Shown here: in pieces, positions 1 to 10,941 of the stretch
Numbering within the stretch: position 1 is the first letter of the stretch
Layout of the letters: each line of letters opens with the position of its first letter
Assembly: GCF_030028105.1 (NCBI RefSeq)
Contig: NC_092388.1
Coordinates: 27,523,684-27,587,683, forward strand
DNA length: 64,000 nucleotides
Reading direction: 5' to 3'
Source of the DNA: Mobula birostris
Taxonomy: Eukaryota
Notes under the pieces: generated by a model
Databases searched by the model: none
What the model was told of the DNA's origin: nothing
What the model saw: the letters and a program-made list of their open reading frames with translations, nothing else
Translations under genes and position numbers: made by a program

Positions 1-860
1 GCATTGATATGTTCAGATTCATCCTCAGTTCTAGCTAGTTTAAGGTCTTTTCACACAAACAGTCGGCAAGATGTACTTTATGAAGTCCTTCAGTTAGTTA
101 CAAGGATTGCAAATCAGGGAGGTCAGGTAAAATTTCTATGGGTTCCAGCATGTGTAGGGGTGAAGGGGAATGAGAGGGTGGATGAGTTGGCAAAGAGGGT
201 GTTAAAGAAAGAAAATGTGGAAATGCACATTAGTATCAGTAAAGCAGAGGTTAAGTGTGTAATCTGGGAAAAAGTCAACCGAATGTGGCAAGAAAGATGG
301 GACAGGGAGGGGAAAGGGAGGCATTTATATCAAACACAAAAGAGTGTTGCAGTTACTAGGGTAGGTAATGGAAACAGAAGAGAGGAAATTGTGTGGACTA
401 GGTTAAGGCTGGGGCATTGTGCATTAAACAAAACATTGAAAATGATAGGGAAACACCAGACAGGATTGTGTGAGGAATGTCAGGAAGAGGAGTCAGTAGA
501 ACATGTAGTTTTGTGTTGCAGGAAGTATGGGATACAGAGAGAGATGATGAGAAATAAATTAAGGGAGTTGGGGATGCAGGAATTCACATTAAAAGGGTTG
601 CTAGGCATGGGTGAGAGAGCACAAGTCTGGGTATTTTTAGCGTTTTTAAGGGGTACAGGGGTTTTTTTTATAGAATATGATGAATAAACAGGAATAGGAT
701 ACTAGGATGGTCAAAGATGGAAGGGTGAAGTGTAGGTTTGTGTGTGTATGTGTGATTGGGTGAAGGGATTTAGAATGTATGTCTAGTGCACATTCTGGAG
801 CAGAGGGTGGCGGTAATGCACCATTAAGCTGGATCCAACCACCGTAAAACAAGATACACA
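1..860 (+). mobile_element. 3' end of an RNase H-containing non-LTR retrotransposon (Nimb/I-group like), running off the left edge
   Basis: ORF 4-687 has RNase H motifs (ICSDSSSVL, FLWVPACVGVKGNERVDELAK), TRLRLGH and a C-terminal zinc knuckle CEECQEEESVEHVVLCC. It is followed by a 3'UTR ending near the (AG)n at ~860. Confidence 0.8.
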
Positions 861-869
861 GAGAGAGAG

Positions 870-1860
870 CGAGAGTGCGCGCGCCCTTCAGTTGCTGGAT
901 TGTTCCTGTCTGAATCCCTTCTTGGCTCCTTCCTCCTGAAGACTTGCTCTGCAACCAGTGTCTGTAACCCTTACCTCACCTGAAGCCTTTGCCTGCACCA
1001 CTGTCAAGTTCAACTGTCGGAGCAAGACCAGAGCCTTGCTGTGTCAGGATAAGAAACTGTCTGTCAGTGTTTGGAACTATCTCTCTGTGTCTACACCTTC
1101 ACTAGGTAGGTCTGGCTGTTTGCTCCTACCTAGTGTTGGGAACTGTCTCTGTGTCCATGCCTTCACTATGTAGGTCTGGCCTTTTACTGCTACTTTGTGT
1201 TGGGAACTGTCTCTCTGTGTTCTGTGTATGAGTCCCGGCCCTATGTCCTGCTCCCTCGGAGGGATCCTCACTTTGTGTAGAGCCCTGGCCCCAAGTCCTA
1301 TTCCCAAGGAGGGGTCCCGTCTCTGTATTCCATGTCTCTGCGTTCCTGTCCTTTCAAGTCCAAGGCTCTGCATTCCTGTCTCCCTCGGCCAAGTCAAGGC
1401 TTCTGGCTTTGTGTTCCGAGGTTCCTGTTTCCCAAGACCATGTCATGTCTTCACCTAGTTCCGGAGTCCGAGCATGAGTCAAGACCCAGATTCTGGATCC
1501 TTGTCCAGTATCTGGCTCAGAGTCTGAACGCAAGCCTCGTCATGTCCTCGCCTCGGGGAACGCAAGCCTCGTCATGTCCTCGCCTCGGGGAACGCAAGCC
1601 TCGTCATGTCCTTTTGCTACGTCATGTCTTCGCCTAGTTCCGGGTTCTGAGCCCGAGTCAAGACTCAGGTTCTGGGTCCTTGTCCAGTCTCCGGCTTGGA
1701 GTTCAGGGCCAGGCTCCTAGTTCCCAGTTTCTTGCCCTGATCCTGCTTGCCTAGCCAATGTCCTAGCCCAAGTCTGTGTTCTTGTCCCAGCTCTCTAGTT
1801 AAGTCCTGTTCCTAGTACTTGTGTCTTGCATTTGGGTCTTCTCCCAGCACCCCATTGTGA
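870..1860 (+). mobile_element. Probable LTR fragment with internal direct repeats
   Basis: C/T-rich and non-coding, with repeated GGAACTGTCTCTGTG-like motifs and an ~85-bp duplication (1442/1621). It ends TTGCATTTGGGTC...TGTGA, resembling the 3' end of fish Gypsy LTRs. Confidence 0.45.
1527..1611. repeat. 32-bp tandem repeat, ~2.6 copies
   Basis: Unit AACGCAAGCCTCGTCATGTCCTCGCCTCGGGG read directly. Confidence 0.9.
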
Positions 1861-2795
1861 TATTTTAAGGTGTGTTTAGGATCATTATCCTGTTGTAGAA
1901 GCCATCCTCTTTTCATCTTTAGCTTATTTTTTTTTTACAGACGGTGTGATGTTTGCTTCCAGAATTTACTGGTATTTAATTGAATTCATTCTTCCCTCTA
2001 CCACTGAAATGTTTCCCGTGCCACTGGCTGCAACACAAGCCCAAAGCATGATCTATCCACCCCCATGCTTAAGAGTAGGAGAGGTGTTCTTTTCATGAAA
2101 ATTCTGTATCCTTTTTGCTCCAAACACACCTTTGCTCATTGTGGCCAAAATGTTCTATTTTAACTTCAGCCCACAGGACTTGTTTCCAAAATGCATCAGG
2201 CTTGTTTACATGTTCCTTTGCAAACTTCTGACACTGAATTTTGTGGTGAGGATGCAGGAAAGGTTTTCTTCTGATGACTCTTCCATGAAGGTCATATTTG
2301 TGCAGGTGTCGCTGCACAGTAGAACAGTGCACCACCACTCCAGAGTCTGCTAAATCTTCCTGAAGGTCTTTTGCAGTCAAACAGTGGTTTTGATTTGCCT
2401 TTCTAGCAATCCTATGAGCAGTTCTCTCAGAAAGTTTTCTTAGTCTTCCAGACCTCAACTTGACCTCCACCTTCTTGTTAATTGCCATTTCTTAATTACA
2501 TTATAAACTGAGGAAACAGCTACCTGAAAACACTTTGCTATCTTCTTATAGCCTTCTCCTGCTTTGTGGGCATCATTTATTTTAATTTTCAGAGTGCTAG
2601 GCAGCAGCTTAGAGGAGCTCAATTTTTCACTCTAAAATTGTACAAAACAAAAATAATACACTGGTCTTGCTTAAAATGCTGAAAAGAATGTTTCATCTTT
2701 AACTTTTTGAGTTTTGGCAATCAATTCATCTTCTACTCAATTATTTACAGCAACAGAAATTTTGTCCAGGGTGCCCAAACATCTGCATGTGACTG
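1856..2795 (-). mobile_element. Truncated Tc1 DNA transposon, same family as 32805-34438
   Basis: Transposase ORF 2093-2488 (SGRLRKLSERTAHRI...RRKPFL). Terminal repeat GGGTGCCCAAACATCTGCATGTGACTG followed by TA at 2796-2797. It aligns to ~33287-34438 with an internal deletion near 2620. Confidence 0.9.
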
Positions 2796-4245
2796 TAACA
2801 ATGATATTATCCAAATAACACTGAGAGCCTGGACAGCCTTGCAGTACCTGGCCCATAGCTTGCTGCCAGAGTGCAGGTGCAGATGCTTCTCCAGAGATCA
2901 GCCTATGACTGTGATAATGCCCTTTGTGAGTTCTTATGGTGAAAAACACTTTGGGTTCTTCTTCCATGTCCATCTGTAGGTAGGCCTCAGCTAAGTCCAC
3001 TTTGCTGAAGCGTATCTCTCCCAAAAGGTTTGCAAAGGTATCCTCTATCCTAAGCAAAGGGTATTGATTTATATTCAGTTCTGGGTTGATGCTGACTGTA
3101 AAATCACCACAGATCCTGTGAGACACATTCTTCTTGGCCACTAGGATTGCCCATGGGCTCCACACAAACTTCGAAAGAATTCCTTCAGCCCCTGTGATTT
3201 AACTCACTGGCAACTTTATCACAGACGATATTAGGAACTGGATGGGCTTTGATAAAGCTTGGCTATGGCATTTTCATTTGGTACTGTTTTCCCATTGGTA
3301 TGTTTGAATTTGCCAATGGCCCCCTTGAACACTGCTGTGGCATCATCCAGTACCTTTCTCAATTTGCTTTCAGTTGACTCGGTCACAGGGGATATGGCAT
3401 GCAATTTATGGATGCATCTCCAATCAAGTTAAAGCTGTCTTGGCTAGTCATGATCCCATAATCTTGACCCTCCTGTTTTTACCACATATTAATGCCATAG
3501 GAATGATCTTTTCTCAGTATAAATTCTGAGTTGGATATCTGCAGACTTCAGTTCAGTATCTTTGAAATGCCATTCAAACTCATTTTGTGGAGTGACTAAA
3601 ACAGCAGAGCCAGTGTCCTATTCCATTTTAATTAATTTGCCATTAACTTCAGCTGTGAGCCATATTGCTTGTCTCATGGTAGGTTCACATAGTAAATCTC
3701 AAGGCTACTCAGCCCTGTGTCACTCTCATCATTGTCAAATTTTTCAACAACTACATGCAGACCAGTGCCCTTTTTTAGACTGACACTTGACTTTTCACTT
3801 TATTTTTTCTCTTCCCTGTGCAGTTCACTTGTGTTTGTCTGCCTGATGTGCTCTTTGTATGTGTCCTACATTGTTGTGTTTTCTGCAAGTTTCACCTTTC
3901 AATCTGCATTGGTCATTGGTGTGGTGTATGTGAGCCCTGCAACAATAATAACACAATTTGTTCAGATTTCTGATTCAATGTTCCAATTTTGTTCACGCTC
4001 AGTTTCATTCCTGACTACAACTCAATTGTGTCTCTGTCTGCAGTTTCCTTTGATACAGCTATTTAAACTGTGTTTTTAAACGTAAGTTGTACTTCAGTTA
4101 GGAGCCATTTTTGAATGCTTTGTTATAAGATTTCACAAACTAAACAATCTCTCGCTGCATCATTAAACCCATTATCAAACTGATAATGCTCAGATAATAT
4201 CTTGAATTCAGCCACGTTCGCTGAAATGGACTCCCCTTCCTTTTG

Positions 4246-4353
4246 TTCTTTTTTTTTCTTTTCAAATCTTTTTATTGTTATACAGGAAAAATAACATGAG
4301 TACATTGAAGTAACAACACTTACAATGTCTCAAAAAAAGACATTATCTTAAAG
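4246..4353 (-). mobile_element. 108-bp L1-type 3' stub with 20-bp TSD
   Basis: Flanked by identical ATGGACTCCCCTTCCTTTTG (4226-4245, 4354-4373). The minus strand ends AATAAAAAGATTTGAAAAG plus an A-rich tail, like the L1 end at ~40955-40975. Confidence 0.85.
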
Positions 4354-4870
4354 ATGGACTCCCCTTCCTTTTGATTCTGTTTATGAAAGCTAAAGCATTC
4401 TGCAATGCACAATGGATTTTATCCTAAATGTTCCCGTATTATTTTTATGGTATCAGAAGAGCTCACTTCAGCTGGTTTATTTGAAGCAGTTAAACATCTA
4501 AGAAAGCTGCTGCCCTTAAATCCAATACACCCAGCAAAACTGGTACTCGCTTCTCATTGACTATTTCAATTGCTTCAAAATACTGCTCCATTTCCTCAGT
4601 ATACATAATCCAGTTATGTCTTGTGCAGCTGAATGTGTCAATCTTTTCAATGTAGTCAGCTATTTCTTTTTTTTGAATGATTATTATCACCCTGTGCAAA
4701 CTATTTATGAATCATGCATTCTTCGATTTTCAGCCTTTTTTAAACCTGACCTTTTTTTGTCTATTCCTGAAAAAGCATGTGCTGCACTTGTTTTTTTTTT
4801 AACTCAAACATTTCTCACTGGGCTTTCTTTTTTTTAACTTAAACGTCTTGCTGCACTTACTAGACACCAC

Positions 4871-5093
4871 TGTCAGGTTTGGTAACTCCAGAAAAGAAAA
4901 ACAAGGGAGCCTGGAATGCGAGTCTAACTTCGTTTTTACTTTAAGCGAGGTGTGTACTTATGTGGTGGCATGATGACGTATGCTATTTACGCACTTTTAC
5001 ATATAACTCATAATAAATTGTGTTAACAGTGCTTTATCAAACAATATATTTACAATATTACTCAAATATTATTGAAATATTAAATACTCAACA
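4871..5093 (-). repeat. 5' LTR of Gypsy copy A
   Basis: TG...CA termini; similar to 24453-24628 (GTAACTCCAGAAA, ATCAAACAATATATT). Confidence 0.7.
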
Positions 5094-5204
5094 GGCTGGT
5101 TGCCTGCATTACAATCAATGAGCTCAAAGTAATCTTGTCACTTGCTTTCGATACCCATTTTCAATGTTACTGCCCATCCTCCTGCCTACATTTGATTCTT
5201 GAGC

Positions 5205-5700
5205 TCGAGGTTCAAGATCACTTAATAGCATTTCCAGGACACAAGTGTAAAGGAGAATTAAATAATTGTTGCTCTGGATCCAATACACCATAATAAAACA
5301 CTGAGATAAAGAACACAATAATTAAAAATACATAATAAATATAAATGCACAAGGTACCATATATACACAGATTAATTGTACGGACATAAACCATTATTAG
5401 GTAGAGCAATGTTTACACATAAGGTGACTTTGATTAGAAATATTAAAGCACTGGTGGTGGGGAAGATGTGGTGGGGTGGGTTTGTGGTTGGAGGTGTTGA
5501 TCAGCCTTACTGGTTGGGTGAAGTTAGCTATTTTTGAGTCTAGTGGAACAGGTGTGGATGTTTTGTAGCCTTCTCTCCCTTGGGAGTAAGACAGACAGTA
5601 CATGAGCAAGGTGGGTGGAATCCTTCACCTTCCTGTATATATGTTCTTGGTGGCAGGTAAGCTCATGCTGGTGATATGCTGGCCCATTTCAACTACTTTG
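5205..5700 (-). mobile_element. Rex1/Babar-like LINE 3' fragment
   Basis: Degenerate GRRL...NSxFxQxxRLIN C-terminus on the minus strand, then a 3'UTR ending in TTGAAC-like repeats. Confidence 0.55.
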
Positions 5701-6267
5701 TGTCTCATTGGCAGTAAGGAGGTCCTAACAGCTAACCTCTATTCTCTAACAGTAATCTAGATTCCTTAATTTATGGATAATCTTTCAAGATGTATCAGTA
5801 AATATCAACCACTTGATTATCCACGGAGCTTACCTGAGCAAGTCATCCTCGGATCTGTTAATGTGAGAGAAGAAAGCTAATGTATAGTTCATGTTTCATC
5901 ATTTTGTACAGAATGTGTTCACAAAACTGAGACAGCAATTTTTTTTTTTTCTTTGTGAATTACTCATCAGTAAAACCAATATTCTGACAGCAAAACCATC
6001 CATGGGAATTTAAAATTACACATTATGCAACTGTTCAGTGTGTCACATAACTTGAGGTTTCAAATCCATTGATGCTGGTTGCCTTTTGTACAATTTGCTT
6101 CTGCTGTGGGTTTGAGCAAAAAATTATCTTTCACTATAGTCAGAGTGAGATTGGAGCTGACAGACATTGCTGAAGCAATCTCTTCACTGTAAATGAGCAT
6201 TTAACATTTTGAAAGTAGTGCGTTTCAGGCCACCTTGCTGTCCTTCTGAGCTAGTAGGACAGAGTCA

Positions 6268-7045
6268 GTTCGAAGTACATTTATTTTCAAAGTATGTATG
6301 TTTTAAACAACCTTGAGATTTGTTTCCTTATAGGCAACCGCAAAACAATGAACGCCAATAGGAGCCATTGAAAATAAAAAGTCCACGCAAACATCTAGTA
6401 TGGGGAGAGAAAAATAAAAACATATCATGCTAACATGATAGCAATAAAAACAAATAAACAGCACTCAGAACTGAAGTAAGTCCACAATGCCAGGCATCAC
6501 TGCAGCTGATTCAAAAGTCCACTAATTGCATGCCACTGTGTAAATCCAGCTCAGGGACAAGCAAACCCTGTGGAGCAGTGAGCCGAATCGGCCACCTTGC
6601 ACCTTTGACGCCCAACTCCCCAACCATTTCAATCTGTCCCGGCACTTAAATCATCTAAACCTCAGGTCATTCCTCGCCCATGGGCTCAAGCTCCGCCACC
6701 TCAATATGACCAATACCTGACCTTTCCAATTCGGCTTGGCTCTTAATTCAATGAAACTTCGAATCTTTCCTCAACTCCACTCGGCTCCGCCTCAAATTAC
6801 TTCCAACTCTGCTCCAGCAACTGCAGCCCAGACGTGCTGCAACTATCCTGCCCCAGCTGGACTCAAATCACACTCCTGAAATGGCAGATCATACAGGCGA
6901 CTCAGGTGGGAAGCCACGGGTCATAGTTTGCAGCAATTGCCTGCCAGAAAGAGCGTGAACAACAAAGTATTTAGTTGCTTTCTTTGTTTCATTGGTCACC
7001 AGCAATTTGTCGCTCAAACCAGCAAGTAGCACCATCTTAAACTGA
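6268..7045 (-). mobile_element. Non-autonomous retroposon with AAGATGG head and Rex1-like tail
   Basis: The minus strand starts GTTTAAGATGGTGC. The tail (6268-6370) matches 29655-29750 and the Rex1-like tail at 28940-29010. Confidence 0.55.
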
Positions 7046-7364
7046 TTCAATTTAGTCTGTTGGACTGACACTTTGACCTATTTCTGAAGAATTATTGGTA
7101 CCCACTTCCAATTAATTTTTGGCTGTACTTATGCCATTAGTTTTAGGTCTTAGATGGACACGTGCTGATTGTGAGGAGAACCATTGGTTTTCAGCTGCTT
7201 GTGTGTAATTGAGTCCTGAAGTTAAATAAATCCCATCATTAGAGCCTGATTGCATTAGATTTCCTGATACCATTCTGGGAGACTTCCTTTTGTGAGCCAA
7301 AACCAGCCAGACCCTTTTTTTAAATAGAACATCCTGACCTGACCTTGATATTCTTTGTTACGAC

Positions 7365-7620
7365 CTGTCGAGTCATACTGCACAGAAGCAGGCCTTTTGA
7401 CCCACTAAATCCATGCCAATCATCAAACACCCATTTACAGCAATCCAACTCTGATCCCATTTTATTCACCCCACGTCACCCAAAAATGCTCCTCCAAATG
7501 GCCACCTGTCCTCATAACCTTACTACTTAATTACCCACCAGGGGCAATGTACAGTGTGTAATTGACCAACTAGTGTGGACATCTTAGGAATGTGGAAAAC
7601 AATAAAATCACCCAATGCAA
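7365..7620 (-). mobile_element. Degraded SINE (V-SINE/HE1-like)
   Basis: CR1-like tail motif CAGGCCTTTTGACCCA plus GGGGCAATGTACAGTG...AATTGACC...ATCTTAGGAATGTGGA, similar to the SINE at 56575-56850. Confidence 0.45.
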
Positions 7621-8624
7621 TCTCAATTTTAGTGAGCTGTGTACAGGTAGGGCCTGCTGAATACCAATTCTTTTCAATCACCATTTAAGAGAATTCAATG
7701 TTTTTTTTACCAATGTGAATAAGTTAACTTTATCTATCTGTCGTATACTTCCCCATTGTGTTCGCCTATCTCCAACCCTCTGAAACCTCTTTGCATTCTG
7801 CTTACAACTCACACTACCACCAGCTGCACATCATCCTCTACATTGCCTGAGGCCAGGTTGCTGCTGAAGCCTTATGATGGTTTGTCGGCTGATTCTCCAA
7901 CAGTAAAAAGTCAACTCATTTAAAAGTCTCTGCTCTAGACTCAGTCAAATGGGGATGAGCAGCTGCTGAGTCTGAGTGGCAGCTACAACCATTTCAATTT
8001 GGCCTAATACAGTATGTTGTACAGCAAATAATTTAATTTGGGACTTGAGCTGTTTATGATATCTGTTGTCTTTTTTTTTCCCCTCAACTTGAGTGTGCAG
8101 TCATGAGACACTTTTACATGAAGAAAACTCTTCTGTAAGAGGGTTTAAGTCTTAAAGAGGGGTGACTCATTAATTAATTTAGACTGATAAAACTTTGATA
8201 ATAATAAGTCATTAGATCATGGAGAATCATGGATTGTTGTCAAAGATCAAGCATGTTTGTAATGGATGGTTGAATAGATTCAAGGGTCTGAGTAGCTGAT
8301 TTCTCTTTCAATGCTCCTGTGGCTCATTTTAGCTGCCATGATGCTTAAATTACTCTGTTCATATTGTGAATCTGCATTTTTATTGTTAAATTAAAATGAA
8401 AAGCTAGAACTTTAATGTAGGTTGTCACCATGGATGAAAAATATAACATTCACTTTAAACTGCTAGTCCCTTCAATGCCAAAGCAACGTGTCTGCAGTTT
8501 ACTCTATCTCCAAAGCACTGCAGGTATCACCCTGGCTGCTTGAAACACCTTCCAAACATGTTCTCTGCTGCCAAGGACAAAGGCTTCTACCACGTAGCAT
8601 TATCAACTTCACTAGATTTCCCAC

Positions 8625-8915
8625 CAAATCTCACCATCCAAGACATGCCCTATTCTCATTAGGGAGAAGGTACAAGAGCCTGAAGACCCATGCTCAATAT
8701 TTTAGGAACAGCTTTTTCCACTCTACCATCAGATTTCTCAGCACCCCATGGACACTAACACAATATTTTGCTCTCTTTTTGGACAAATTATTTTTTATAT
8801 ATTGTAACTTGTATAAATATTTATGCATTTGACTGTACTGCTGCCACAGATTAACAAATGCGATGCGATACAGGTATGTCAGTGATAATAAACATGATTC
8901 TAGTTCTGATTCTGA
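8625..8915 (+). mobile_element. Rex1/Babar LINE 3' end
   Basis: HHPRHALFSLGRRYKSLKTH...FRNSFF and the tail GTGATAATAAACATGATTCTAGTTCTGATTCTGA, shared with ~52330-52365. Confidence 0.75.
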
Positions 8916-9379
8916 AGTCACGCACCATCCTGATTTGGAAAAAAAAACACTCGTCTTTCTCTTCACTGGAACTCTTGGAATTCCTATAGCACTGCATGGA
9001 GGGAAAAGTTAACTAGAAGGACTTCATTAATTCAAGAAAGGAACTCATGACCATATTTAGAAGAGCAGTGAGGAATAAATAATAAAGACTAGCTACTCAT
9101 TTTCCCAAAAAAAAAATGCAGATCAAACAATAAATACCCAAGTTAAACAGTTTGAAATTCTGCAGAGAAGAATTAGAGTGCATGGTCATTAATGTTTTGT
9201 ACATTACTAACCAAATATTGTGTCAAAGTCTTTCACAATCAAAGATGTCTTTTTTGAAGTTTAGTAATCAACAAATTAGAAATATGGCAGTCATTTTGTT
9301 TATTGTAATGTTTTACAAATGGACTGTATGTGTGGGTTATCATTTTTCCGTACATACTTCTGGTGTAAATTGAGGAATA

Positions 9380-9530
9380 GCTATTGGTCAGAATGCCAGG
9401 GATAACTGTCCTGCTTGTCACTCAAATATTGCCATAGGATCTTTCACATAATCCTGAGAGGACAGATAAAGACTTAGATTAACATTTCATCTGAAACATA
9501 ACCTTCCTGTCATTGCAATGGTCCCTCAGG
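9380..9530 (-). mobile_element. Deu-domain SINE remnant
   Basis: The minus strand reads ...TTTCAGATGAAATGTTAATC...GAAAGATCCTATGGCAATATTTG..., resembling the Deu core shared by SINE3/AmnSINE1/SacSINE1. Confidence 0.5.
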
Positions 9531-10259
9531 CCATTCAAATATGTTTAGTTTAAGTACCAGAAGCTTGATGATTATCAGAGAAGGAAGAAAAGCAAAAGCA
9601 TGTTTCCTTGTGGAAAGTATCGTAGGATCCATGCAAAGGGTTGGATTTCTGTTTCTGCCAGGATTTCTGTGTATATTTGATTTATGATCAACTCATTTTG
9701 AATGAGCTCTCATGTTTCTATTAAATTCAAATATCCTATGTACACATGTTTGTTTACGAATAGTAGAGCTTGTTTCTTCTGTCTCTCCTCTTCTATTAAT
9801 TGTTCTTTCTTATCAATCTTATGTGCGTTTTAATGCCAGCAATTGCAGCACTATGGAGGTGTGGTTACCATATGAAGTGATTCTTGTGTATGTTCCGACT
9901 TTTAGCCAAAATCAACTCCTGAGCGTCTGTGAAATTGGAACCCATTCATTATCTGGGAATGATCTGTACTTGCAGCGAATTTGTGACTCCTTTAAATTCT
10001 AACTTTTAGTGTCTTGCCATGACTCTGAAGGGAATACAGAAAATTTGAAGTTTTCAAAGTTATTTCCTTCCACTAGAGTCAGAGATCTATCCAGCACAGA
10101 TACAGGCCCTTCAGCCAAACGAGCTAGTCCAAATTTTCTGCACCTTGCCCATATCCATCCAGGCCTCGATTTATCTGTCTAAATGTTTCTAAAATGATAT
10201 TATTGTACCTGCCTCAACTGCTTCATCTAGTACTCTTTCCATATACTCTCCAACTTCTT

Positions 10260-10812
10260 TAGAAACATAGAAAACCTACAGCATAATACAGGCCCTTCAG
10301 CCCACAAAGTTGTGCCGAACATGTCCCTACCTTAGATATTACTAAGCTTACTCATAGCCCTCTATTTTTCTAAGCTCGATGTACCCATCCAAAACTCTCT
10401 TAAAAGATGGTATTGTATCCCCCTCCACCACCGTAGCCGGCAGCCCATTCCACGCACTCAGCACTCACTGCGTAAAAAAAACTTACCCCTAACATCTCTT
10501 CTGTACCTATTACCCAGCACCTTAAACCTGTGTCCTCTTGTGGCAGCCATTGCAGCCCTCGGAAAAGGCCTCTGACTATCTTCACGATCAATGCTTCTCA
10601 TCATCTTATACACCTCTATCAGGTCACCTCTCATCCTCCGTCGCTCCAAGGAGAAAAAGCCGAGTTCACTCAACCCATTCTCATAAGGCATGCTCCCCAA
10701 TCCAGGTAACATCCTTGTAAATCTCCTCTGCACATCCTTCCTGTAGTGAGGTGACCAGAACTGACCACAGTACTCCACGTGGGGTCTGAACAGGGTCCTA
10801 TATAGCTGCAAC
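10260..10812 (-). mobile_element. CR1 (HER1-like) LINE 3' fragment with intact tail
   Basis: ORF 10458-10814 (LYRTLFRPHVEYCGQFWSP...RRRMRGDLIEVYK); tail begins TAGAAACATAGAAAACCTACAGC on the + strand. Confidence 0.9.
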
Positions 10813-10941
10813 ATTTGAAGTTTTCAAAGTTATTTCCTTCCACTAGAGTCAGAGATCTATCCAGCACAGATACAGGCCCTTTCAAAGTTATTTCCTTCCA
10901 CTAGAGTCAGAGATCTATCCAGCACAGATACAGGCCCTTCA

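Larger units (their letters stand above)
2796..5093 (-). mobile_element. Decayed Gypsy LTR retrotransposon (5' LTR, gag, protease, RT), copy A
   Basis: RT motifs RICGDF, YPLLRIED, FSKVDLAEAYLQ, CYLDNII (ORF 2737-3165). Gag remnants at 4123-4699. LTR at 4871-5093 with a PBS-like TGGTGTC next to it on the minus strand. Confidence 0.85.

Noticed and set aside
1527-1611. 32-bp repeats as a CRISPR array
   Set aside because: The units are contiguous with no spacers, there are no cas genes, and the context is vertebrate.
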